A DNA stretch of 63,839 nucleotides, the filler included, from Choristocarpus tenellus KU-1152 (Eukaryota; Protista; Phaeophyceae), in the NCBI GenBank assembly GCA_964200185.2. It is 13 parts of 13 records of this genome, joined end to end, with 100 filler letters (N's around TTAATTAATTAA, not from the genome) between each part and the next. Parts side by side here need not be neighbours in the genome. Positions count along the whole stretch, not along the records: positions 51,581 to 63,839 come from CAXNAD020001905.1; 12 more parts are not named here. One strand, given 5' to 3'. The translations under genes were made by a program, and so were the position numbers. Shown piece after piece: positions 52,486-63,839 of the stretch. Numbering within the stretch: the first letter of the stretch is position 1; the number at the start of each line of letters is the position of its first letter. The notes below the pieces were generated by a model that did no database searches, was not told where the DNA came from, and saw only the letters and a program-made list of their open reading frames with translations.

Positions 52486-52973
52486 ATAGACCTTGCTCCA
52501 CCTTCTCATTCGGAACACTCAAGAGTACGTTGTGTAACAATATTTCTCCAGCACCACAAATATTTCCATGATCTGGGGTGGAAGGATCCAAGAAACCTGT
52601 CACTTCTACCACCTCCCAAGTAAGAATGACAAGTCCTACAGACACCTTTTTTTCTTCTGTTGACGCTGAATATACAATGGTGTTGTAGTGGTTATTAATA
52701 CCTCCCTACTCTGGGAGTCCTTTTCGGCACACTGTTGTTGTTGCTGTAGTTTGAAAATTAGAGACTAATGCTTTGAATAAATATAATGTTGCCGACATCT
52801 CCACATTCCACGGCATCATGCATTTCCCTCACTTCCGAATTTTGAATTTTGACCATAAATCTCTCTCTCAGACGTGTGATACATAGACTAACGATCTCTT
52901 CAGAGCACATCATGGAGGTTGGAGGAACTTTCAATTGGCACTGGCACGGACGGATATTTCCCCATCGATGTAG
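52486..52973 (+). CDS. Putative last two exons of an unknown gene converging on NCA2
   Basis: Exon 52486-52619 (TTTCCCGCTACAG|IDLAPP...HDLGWKDPRNLSLLPPP|GTAAG) and exon 52904-52973 (branch-like GACTAAC, CTCTTCAG|) join in phase 2 to ...PPPKAHHGGWRNFQLALARTDISPSM*. Confidence 0.5.
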
Positions 52974-53608
52974 ACTGTCCTTGTTGCTCTTTGATTAATG
53001 GACTGTTACCTGCAGTAGACACTCTTCTGGTTCAAACCCCCGAAGCCAGATTTCTTCTTAGGGACATCAGCTTTGATGATGTAAAGTCCACATGGCAAGA
53101 ACAAGGGATACACACCTGTACTGTCGTGTCTGCTGCTGTACCATAAAAACGCGAAAACCCAAACAAGCTGGCAAGGCTTCATTGCCAAGTGACACTGAGG
53201 CAAGATCCAGCACAAGATTGAAGAGAGGAGGCAGTGCAACAGAGGTGGGATGGCTGGACCCAATGCACAAGATGTGAGGCATGAACGGAGGCATTATAAA
53301 TAGTTGTGGTTCAACAGTTAGCTGCAGTATGTAATGCCTCTGACCATGTGTGGAAATATTCTTCAGACTTAAGGGAAGAAAATTAGTAGGCACAGATCAC
53401 TGAACCCACACAAAGCACACAAAGCACACTCTTAATGGTCCTCAAGACAAGATGTATTTCGACTGACTGAGAACCCACACCAGAGACCACTTCGAGGCAC
53501 AAGAAACATTAACTCGTGGACTTGTCAAACTACATGGGTACTGTAACACTTCAAAACATATGTAGTAAAAAAAGAAAATTAGCAAAAAAAACAAACAAGA
53601 GGATAGAA

Positions 53609-56600
53609 TCAAAGTAGTCCACCCGAGTTCTTAAGCTGAAGGGAGTGGTACGACCTCTGCATCCGCTGCACAACCCTCAACTGCTGTCCCACTGAGACAA
53701 GTCCCCGCTCACCCATGAGCTCAGCCAAGTCCTCCTGACTGTTGTCAAGGTCAGAGCGCTTGAAGCGTCTAGGTCTGAGTCGAATGAGACGACGAAACTG
53801 TGGATGTGGTAGAGAGGTAAGATTGCTTGTGTGGATCAGTAATCTAGTAAAAACTCGGTGAGACAACCTCACACCAAAAGTTAGGATAGCTTGAATTAAT
53901 TCTATAGAAATACTAAAACTCTACACCACATTACAGGTTTGAGGGTAACAGATATTTACAGAAGTGGGGATAACCTCAGTCTCTTCTAAACAAGTTCCAG
54001 TGGCAACAATACATGCATTCTAAAGTATACACCACCTTGCACATGTCACATCTCTCCAATATTGGAAGGGAAAGGTGAGCCAAAGTATCTTAGAGGGTAG
54101 AGCCACGTCCATTTGGGGGCCAAAATCCAACGTTGCGATTTGATGTAATTTTGACTATTGTGTTTGTTAAGAAGTGTCAATATCCTTGTTCCTGACACAC
54201 CTTTTTATAATGTATACATTTTACCTACTCCGAGATATTTTGGAGTAGGAAAATATCATGAAAACCCCGAGGGAAGCCAAGCCCCTAAAGGACGAACAGG
54301 GAAAGACTCGTACCCTAACCCTAAGATACTTTCACTCAGGTGTCGTACCAGGAATAGATATCCTTGAGCAATCATCATCATAAAAAATATATATGTCCAT
54401 CCTGTGATAGCTAGATAGGTTTACATCACTCAGTAGTCCTTCAATCTCTTTTTACAGGAGTGAAACTAGGACAGTACAGTTGAGATTTTTGCTGGTTTAC
54501 TGGGTTGAAGTGATTGTAGTAAAAAACAAACTCCATGGCATAAAAATATGCTGTCTTGGCCTTAAGCATTATACTGTAAAATTTTCAAGGCTTGGCTATT
54601 GAGAGGCATGCCTTATGCTTTCCTGTTTTCTTGCTCCATTCATATTGCCAAGCACTGTGGGAGTACTATGGAGCAGAATTGGCCATAAGATAGACATATG
54701 AGACTCTACTGGTCGGCCATAAAACAGACCAATCCCTTTTGTGTTTAAAATATTGAGGTCCAGAACTGAAAAGGTAATGAAAGTGAAAAAAATGATATAA
54801 CTCACATCTCGTAAGTGGCGGTTGTACTGGACAGTAGACCATCTCAATCCTCTCCTACACTAGACCTATCATTGCCAAAGTAATCACACATCTATTTCCT
54901 TATCAAACACGGTACGTATGCGACCCAGAGAGTGTGAGCATACAAATACTCTGGATGAACAATCCAACCAGTCGACAACCAATAAGCACCCTTGCCGCGA
55001 TAGAGATTTTATACCCCTGTTTAACGGTCAGCTTTTTGAATCTCTGCATCATGTCGCAGCACAATGCGCTAATGTCAATGGACACGGGCAACAAGCATAC
55101 AAGGTTCTCACTCAGCAGACAACTGAAAAGCAACAGAAACATCTCAAATCAACCAACCATTCCCATCTCAAATCCACACTACGAGTCTACACAGCTGCAC
55201 CAAACAAAAACCAAACACAAACCAAACACAAACCACTCATTTGACAAAAAGACTCCGTGGAAAACCCTCCTCAGCACACTCCATAGATCCCTCAACATCA
55301 AACCACTTCTAATCGCAATCACCTGATATATGAGCATCATCAGCTTCCCCAGGTCCAGCTCATCAAGGACATAAATGCTAGCTGATGTCTTTCTCCCTCG
55401 ATGCTCACTACTAACTCCCATCCCCTCCCCTTGTCTTCCGATATTCCCCCCTCCCAAGCTCCCAGTGGTCCTATTGCCCCATACCGGCTGCAATGTCACT
55501 TTCTGGGTGCACATGCCTACCTCAGTTGTGGGAGTTTTCCCTTTTGAAAAGTCCCCTCCGGTGGCGGTAGAGCTACCCTCTCCTTTATCATAGACATCAC
55601 TCTGCCCGTCCTTGGCTGATACAAGGTCACTGTCAGTAAGGCGAGGAAGGAGGGTGAACAATGAGCAGTGAAGAATGTGAATTAAGAGCTAATCAACAGA
55701 GCAAATGATGGGAATTGGAAGAGTTCCTCTGAAGTACAATTATCCTACAAAAATGCATATCTTGAAAAATGTAACCCCCAAGCCTAGCGTTACCCTAGAA
55801 TGCCTGGTCATATTTGACCTACATCATCTGTTATCCACAAAAAGGTTCTGGGGCCAGTTGCTCCGCAACATTTCTTATTTAGGACAAGGCTTGGGCATAA
55901 TGTCCATTGCCAGGGCAGCATTTAAGTGCCCCTTGCTCAAGATTCAAATTATCTTAGAGGGTAGAGCCGCGTCCATTTGGGGACAAAAATCCAATGTTCC
56001 GATTTTGATATAATTTTGACTATCGTGTTTGTGAGGAAGTGTCAATATCCTTGTTCCGGACACACCTTTTCATAACGTTTACATTTTACCTACTCAGAAA
56101 CATTTCGGAGTAGGAAAATGCCATTAAACACCTGTGGGAAGCCAACCCCCAAACGGAAAAAACAAGGAAAAATTCGTACCCTCTAAGAAACTTTCACTCT
56201 CAATAATTACTTTTATTCCTCAATGCAGCTCATTGGGATATTAGTGTTATTTCAAAATTACTTTTTATCTAATTTGAAGAAGAAAAAAGCAATAAATGGA
56301 AGAAAATTCAAGAAGTACAGCAAAGAGGGAATTTTTAGGCTCGTTTCACTAGCTCATAATGTCTATTGTCCAGCAAACGCTCTGCCCCATCTGCTCTGTA
56401 AATTCTTGATGTCCTGGACAATGCTTGTGGTCATTTGCTCTATAGCATCTGCTCTCTGGGCAAGGTTGTGAAGAGGTGTGAAAACATGCTACAACACAAC
56501 AAAAATCACATGGACACATCCACCCACCCACACACCATGCGATATGGTTATATACTAACCAGCATGTGAGGGTCTTAGGTTCAGGCTTCTCCTCTATGTA

Positions 56601-57476
56601 GCGGAGGTTTAGAAGGCGTTCCATAGCCAGAGTGACTGTCTGTAAGGATGAAAAGGTTGCCTCCCTTGATTTCTCGCCCTTCACAAGATAGTACACTGGG
56701 CGCACTGCAACAAACAGACCACAACAAGGCCCATCAACCAGGGTGAGGGTGGAGGGGGAAAGGACACGCCGATGATGGTTACAACATTTCTGTATCACAT
56801 ATTCACTTTTACATGGTAGAGGCATCTGTGCAATGCGCCTACCATACTACTGAAAAATGTGTTTCCTCTTCAAGGTGAACATACCTTGCTATAGGAAAAA
56901 TCAAATATATGACATAACAGTAATAGGGGAGATTTGATGTGGCAACAATGCGTGCTGCAGCATGATGTAACCCTAACCCTTGGATCAAACAAGTACCCAC
57001 GAGTAACATTCTCAATTATGGCAAGCCAAGCCACCACTGACTTACAGCAAAACAGGAGGGGAAGTTCAAGGCAAGTGACGGAAATGTCAAAGGTTCATAT
57101 GAATGCGCTTCAAAAGGTTGTCAGAACTACATGTGGCAGATGCTGTTGCTCACCATAATCCTAACCTTATTTTCTTCATGGGGGAAGAGGAGGAGTATAA
57201 AGTCAGCGAAGGAAGGAGAGCAGGGGTTTCCTCAGACTCCAATTGGTTCATTTATTTCAACCTACGACTTTGTATGTAGAATGAACACCCAAAGGTGAGG
57301 TGCCACCAAACTAAGACATGAATATGAATTTGTTCTACTTCAATACACCTAGTTTTCACCGGAAAATCCAACTAACTGCATGTGGTAGTGGTAAAAAAAT
57401 CGATCGGATTGCCTTCAAACTGGCAACCTCCATGTCATAGCACGAGAACAACTGACAATTACTTTCTCAAAGTACC

Positions 57477-57507
<31 letters not shown>

Positions 57508-60500
57508 GCGGCGGCTGTCCATTTGGGGTCAAGTTTTTCATGTCTCGATTTTTAGGTGATTTGGTTGCATATGTCGGATGGATAATGTATGTACACTTTT
57601 CCTGGTCTTGACCCAAATGGACACCCTGGTGTACACCCCCTCCCCCCCCCCCAGATACTATGGGTCACTTCATGGTGAAAGCACAAGCTAGTGCCAGAGC
57701 AGCACTTCAAACATGATGCTACACCATTGCTTTTTGCAACAAATCGCTACAGAGTAACTCTGCACTCTCAGCAGCTACACAAATTTCTGTGCTGAATGTT
57801 TTGTTTGTATCATCAAAAACTCTTGCCATGGATAACGAAAAAAATCGAGACTTTTCTTGATGCCTCTCTCTTTGTGAACATCTGTAGCTCTCACAGCCAA
57901 ACGCGTGTTGTACAACCTTTATAGGGGCTGCCCCATACTCAGACCTTAAGTAGTGCTCTATAAGCTTGAATGCTCTAAAGTATTGTACTTCAAACCTGCA
58001 GCATGATACAAGCAGCCAGCAGTGCCAACATTAATATGGAAGTAGGAAGCATTGGACACAAAGCAACATTTCATCCAAAAGAAAGGCCTACTCAAAACAT
58101 TGATTCAATGGGACATTGCCACCTAGCATCCTCCCCTACCCCCCACAATCTTGCTTTGCCCCTTCAAACCCCAGATGAGGACCTCACCCCCCCTGTATAT
58201 GAGCCATGCAAGCAGGAAGGCGGGAACAGTAGCCATCATCCGTAGGTTGAGTTCATTCTCCTTGGCAAGCTGACCGATTGCTGCTGTTGCCACAAGCAGT
58301 TCCTTCTTGATGAATTGCACCTGGATCAGGAGCTTCCACCATTGACACACCACATCGGTCATACCACAGGGTGGTACAAGCAAAGAGGAGGAGGAGCACA
58401 TAATAATAAAGAAGACAGTTTGTAAAAATCAATCCTGGCTTAACCCCAAAAGGTCAAACGAAAAGACATCATGAGGTATCTTAGGGAAGGAGGTGAACAA
58501 AACAAAACCCAAAAGTTGAATCATCACTACAAAACGAAAAATTAGAATCAGGAGCACCTCAATTTGTTCTTGTTCGGGTTGTGATCATTTGGAGAAAATT
58601 TCGAGAATTTATGTGGAGGGTAAAAGGGTGTGCGTGTGTGAAAGGGACTCATATTAGTTGCCACATGCTAATACATCAAAGTCAGTGACAACAAAGGATT
58701 GAAAGGCACACAACTCGAAACTCGTTGCTGGGGATTCGATATTTGAACATTTTGGGAGGACCCATGGGGAAGAGGGTCACAACCAGAGTTCTCTTTTGCC
58801 CTATGTGATGGAAATGAAAAGAACATATATTATCGTGATCGTTTGTATTCGGAGGACTTGCTGCAGTATCGGAGTGTAATTTGCAAGCGATATCTGCCCT
58901 GCCAAGATGAACATCTCTGCTCTCTCGAGATATCAATGACAAGACCGGGAGAGCTTGCACATGTGTGTGGGGGGAAGGGGGAGGAAGAGGGGACAAAGGG
59001 GAGGCTATCAATAAGAAGTAAGAGAAGAAAAATCATTCAAAAAATGCTCCTCCCTCAAAATGTTCCTGCACATGTAGTCCTCAGATACTTCTTTCTGGCA
59101 ATGGTGGCATGCCGAGACTGGCAGCAATAAGAAGTACAGCACACTGCCTATCTCTTCACTTCACTGCTGCCTGAAGTATGTTATCATGGAAGCGTCACTA
59201 TTATTGGCTAGCAAATAGTCCAGCAAGTCAGGACAGGCACACATACAGACCTGCCTGTTTGTACAATTTCTCTTTCCTCCACCAACATCAAACATCTCAT
59301 CCCAGGCTTCAGTGTTGAAGAAGCACTTGGAATAGGATGTAAGTGCCAACATGTCCTTTCCTGATATCAGTTTCACCAAGTATATGGTGCATACATCTGG
59401 CGGTGGTGTACACAAACGCAAGACAGCACCTCCAGACATCCACGGCAAGCTTCAGAAGACCACCCGGCAAACCAAGATACAAGAAACGCTTTGCATGTTC
59501 ACTGTAATGAAACGGCCAAGCTGCCCATTGAACACAGAACTGGTTTTGATCCCCCTTTCAATCCTCATCACATCATAAAAAAGGTGAACAAAAAAAGCGT
59601 CCCCTCCTTGCATCATAGAGACATAAAAGCTGGGGCACCAAGATTGTGAAGAGGTCAGGAACCGAATCCGACGCACACACCCCTCACACTCAAGGGTAGT
59701 AGTCATTTCATTACTAGATGGTGCTTGTTCTGAGGAAGAAAAAGAAGCAGCTGTTACATTTTTCAATCTTGTGTGTATATACACAACGTGCTTTTGTACG
59801 CAATCAATCCAACAACATCGGTATAGGAAACATTGGTACATCACCAATGGTGTCAATTCAATTGATGACAAACATATTTCCAACCACCCCTATCTTCCAC
59901 TCCTGTTGCATGTGGGTTCGCTCTATATCAAATTTGTACTCCATCAATATAAAATCATCAGAAGTCCTGCAGACCCTCAGGACCTCCCAAGTAAATTCTA
60001 GTACTTCGAAGTATCTCTCTATTTCTAATCAAACCAGTTGCTAAGAGTCAAACCCCATCTTGCCTTGGGCCCATTTCCGATAAAACAAAATCTGTGTCTT
60101 GGTACTCCAGTTTCATTCCTACATCCAGGAACTCCTATAAAATAAATAGTTGTCATCATGATCTCCATATAACCTTACATCTTTCCGAAAATTTATTCCA
60201 CTGAGGTGATGCCATGTAAGAGTGGGGTGTCATAGAGTTTCAAGAGCCCCTAAGACTGCCTTATCGTGTATGTGTTGTGAGCACTGTGCAATTTTGGGCA
60301 ACAAAGTTAACCGCGATTTTTCTCTTCTACAGTAGTCACACCCATCCTAAAAAGGGGAACTGCATTTCAGGCGTGGGCATTGTGTCTATGGCACAAGGTT
60401 CCTGATGGCCTTGGAACGCAAATGGGCCACGATCGACCCCCCTCTTAAAGGGTTTGAAACTCTCCCGTAAGAGCGCTCATGGATAAGAAAATGGACAAAA

Positions 60501-63500
60501 CATTCTGGCTGGCGATTTGACATCAACTTTGAGAACAAAACCTATCTTTGGAAAAGTACATCTGGTGGACTCAGCACGCAGAGAAAAAGCGAAACATTAA
60601 ACAAAGAAGAGAATTAATGACTTTTGACATTCCCACACATTTTTTCTCCTACTTCCATTGTTAAATCTAAGTAAAATATGAAATAAAAAAAAAGCATTTA
60701 CTGTCATTCTGAACGGGTCTTCATTAACCGGTTGGGTGGGGGGACAGTGAGCAATGAGTGGTCATCGGAATGATGAATACTCTAGGTACATTCGTTATGG
60801 GTGGGACATCACTATTATTCAACAATATTAAATAATCTACCATCCATTACATTACTGTTCTCCTTAAATCTCCATCACTCTCAAGGTTTGCCTAATAATT
60901 CATGAGATGCTATTTTACCAATTTGATCCTTTTACGTATATATTTAGATGTAACCTACCATGCGAGCTTTATTACTAATGTACTTACAATTATAAATAAA
61001 TTAATGAAAAACTATGTAGAATTAATAATAATGGAATATGAAACCCCCTCCCCCGATTCCCAGAACGTACCATCCGGACGATGTCACCTGTGACAACATT
61101 CTTTACTGCATTGATGATGCTCTTCTCATATTGGCTTGAGATCACAGACATATCCCCTGCCTTGGCCATGTCGGCCACCTACAATGAACAGGCAGGCAAC
61201 GACAAGGGGATAGCAACACAAGCAATGTGGATAAAGGGATCATCATTCAAAGGGTAAACAGCAGCAGCAAGGACAAGGAAAGAGGGGCATTTACATACAT
61301 ACACACATATGTATAATTTTTTGTACATTTGGAGCAGTATCCATCCAATTTTCTTGAAGAAATTGGTTGCCTATCTCTCTATCGCAGAAGTACATAAGCT
61401 CCTTAGCCCATCCTGACCTTGAACAACAACAAAGACGCCTGCTAATGTCATACCAGAAACTAACTCAATGCTGCAGGAATGGGTGACAAGGGACATGAGG
61501 GGGTCAGAGGAGTTGTGATGCATTCCCCGTCCTGTCTCCATACCTGACCCTGACTGCTATGTGAATTGCAGTGAAACTTCTATTCTATGCAAACCTTCCT
61601 AATATTTTCAACAAATGCGTTCAACTCCAAAGCAAGCAGTAACTCCGAGCCTGGTCTCATAAACTCCTAGGATAGCCCTCATACCCATCTCACCCTAACC
61701 CCACCACAAACCTCAACACACCATCTGAACCCCATCCTCATCCATAATCTTGACCAAACTACCAAAACTAACCCTAACCTTTACATCAACCAAAATATTG
61801 ACTCCGTATATTCCTCCTTAGAACAACAGCCTTATTCCGTCGCAGGAGTCAACATGCAAGGAAATGGTTAAGAGTATTGTATGTAGACACCCATATTATG
61901 CAGCTCAGTGGATACAATCCAAAGACTGTTGTGAGCTAGTTGCATGCGGAAACGGGTGAACACTGACAAGAAAGGTGTGGCTCAACATATTATTATTATT
62001 ATTATTATTACTATTACTCCGAGTATTAATATAAGCATTATAAATTGTCAGAAAAACCCAGTCACATTTTCAAGAAGCACTCCTGTCTTGTCTAATGAGG
62101 TGCACGTGTATTTATTGTGTGTGTGCAGAAGAAATGAGAAGAATAATAATAATAATAATTGTCTATACATTGAACCACCCCCGTTGTGTGTTGAACATCA
62201 AACATACAAACAAAAGGGAGTCAGCTACACAAATATTTACTTTCAAAACTGAAAAAATACCGGAAAGGCGATGCCTGCTGTGGGAGGGTTGGGGGGGCCT
62301 ACTGAGGGTGAGGGAGTTATGGCACTCTGGAAGGAGGGTGCACTGGGGAGTCTGACCCTCACCTGCGTTGGATCGAGGTTAGGTTGAGTGTCCTTGATGA
62401 AGGCATGAAGCATGCGTTCCAAACTTGAAGAGACAAACCAAGGGTCAACAATGGAAAAAGAAAAGTTCATCAGAACAAGAGCAGATCCTCTACAGGCAAG
62501 AAATAAAAGACGTCAGTAGAGTGTATGCACACAAAGGAGACAGAGGCAATGCACAAACAGGGACAACTGGGATGTGCGTTGTTGATAGCTTGAACATGGT
62601 GAACTCTTTTGGTACAAAGGAGTTCAACAAAAAGGAAGGATCAAAAATTAGTGTAACAAGAGGCTTTGTTAGAAAAAGATCGGTCATGACATGGAAGGGG
62701 AGATGAGAGAGAGTGACAATTAAGCGATGGTTATTGATACCTCGAAGCGGTATAAACCATCTGTGTCTTCCAATGATGGTCAACAGGGCTCCAACATACT
62801 CAAATTTTTTATGGTAGTTGGTAGAGATGGGACCTTCTCCCTTACCCCTAATCCCCCCTTCATCCCCTCCTATCCTCATTGTGCATAGTGTCTCCTTCTG
62901 AACCACTTTCCCTACAGCAAAGCACCTTTGCACACTGTCCTCCAGGGCCTTTGCATCGGTGATGGAGATATTCTGATTGGACACAAGCTCTTTGTAGATG
63001 CCCTCCCAAGGTTCTGATATGTGTTCGCGGTGGAAGGAGTCCATGCTGGCACGGACACGACTCAGGGAGTTCCTTATGCCTTCCCTGGTTTAGTCATGCG
63101 AGGGGGCTGTAAGATGGAACGATGCAAACCTACGATAGAAGTATTCAGCTCTTGTGAGAACTCAGAGGAAGATTTAGGGTTATGGCCAACAGCTACAACA
63201 GCAAAACATTAGCTTGCCACCTGCCTCAAATTTTCCTCCCTTTTTTTTTTGTGGGAAACAAGGTTCGGAACAAAAACTGGTCAAGACTTTTATGTTCCAG
63301 CAAGTAACTGAAGAATTTTCTCAAATGTCCACAAGGTACATCAACTCACTCCTAGAATGTGTTATTATTACCTCGAGTTAGTATCATGTCATGCATTAAT
63401 ATTATAACCACACGAACCTCCCACTGGCACCGCCTCAGCAAAAAAACCCAATGTGGTTAGAAATAGGAAGTGCTACCACATACCCTAATACTTGGGATTC

Positions 63501-63839
63501 ATGACTCGAAACTTTCACATTTAAACTCACTGATTTTAGCAGACCCACACAACTACAATACCACAAAAGCCTTGATGCCAAAAAACACAACAATAACAAT
63601 ATCCTCAACACTATACTTGATGCTCACCGTCTCCTCCACATGAAAAATAGAGTCAGTACAACTGCGGGGGTGGCCACTGTGAACACAAGCCAGTTCCGAC
63701 GCAGTCGGGAAGGGGGTGCAGATGAACCTAGCAATGTTGGGACTAGCTCCTTGTGGGGGGGGGGGGGGGGGACACCGGGGGAAGGGGGGGGGGAGGGGGT
63801 CAAGGATGGCACTGGCTCTTAGCGCGGGTTCCGTTTTGT
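53609..63839 (-). CDS. NCA2: NCA2 (nuclear control of ATPase 2)/DGS1-like mitochondrial membrane protein, eight 3' exons; 5' end beyond window
   Basis: Exons >63839-63628, 63084-62926, 62423-62363, 61178-61071, 58332-58188, 56704-56560, 55629-55323 and 53797-53609, all GT-AG with matching phases (2,2,0,0,1,2,0). Joined peptide includes PSRLRRNW, EHISEPWEGIYKEL, SLERML, GDMSVISSQYEKSIINAVKNVVTGDIVRMLLIQVQFIKKELLVATAAIGQLAKENELNLRMMATVPAFL, characteristic of the NCA2 family. Confidence 0.88.
54077..54337 (+). mobile_element. MITE family A copy in NCA2 intron
   Basis: GAGCCAAAGTATCTTAGAGGGTAG...AGATACTTTCACTC; 4-bp TSD AGGT/AGGT. Confidence 0.88.
55941..56199 (+). mobile_element. MITE family A copy in NCA2 intron
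   Basis: GATTCAAATTATCTTAGAGGGTAG...TACCCTCTAAGAAACTTTCACTC; 4-bp TSD TCAA/TCAA. Confidence 0.88.
57464..57666 (-). mobile_element. MITE family B copy in NCA2 intron with expanded poly-G
   Basis: TTCTCAAAGTACCTT(G)n...CCCCCCAGATACTATGGGTC; flanks ACT/ACT. Confidence 0.8.

Overview
Eukaryotic, intron-rich, repeat-dense nuclear DNA. Inference only: a photosynthetic stramenopile such as a brown alga or relative, judged from small exons in long GT-AG introns, TTAGGG-type repeats and a bipartite-looking presequence. The window is 13 short contigs joined by 12 artificial 100-bp spacers (44 N + TTAATTAATTAA + 44 N), so order across spacers is not guaranteed. Most ORFs in the track are spurious. Spliced genes reconstructed by eye with consistent intron phases: (1) 5' exons of an ataxin-2/PBP1-like gene (-); (2) divergent from it, a HAD-family (DxDGTLY) pyrimidine-5'-nucleotidase-like gene with a signal + transit-like presequence (+); (3) eight 3' exons of an NCA2/DGS1-like gene (-); (4) the last two exons of a probable ATP-grasp protein (+); and (5) a few orphan exons. 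The rest is mostly DNA-transposon debris: a decayed DD39D (Stowaway-type TIR) mariner, a decayed hAT, and more than 20 complete or partial MITE-like copies. Those MITEs fall into three families that share a G-N4-AAAGTA terminal motif but show 3-bp or 4-bp target duplications. I found no clear-cut new biological system. The best leads are that MITE group, a duplicated unknown ~115-aa domain on a repeat, a 49-bp hairpin micro-element, and telomere-type repeats inside transposons. All family assignments come from recognising motifs by eye, with no database searches.
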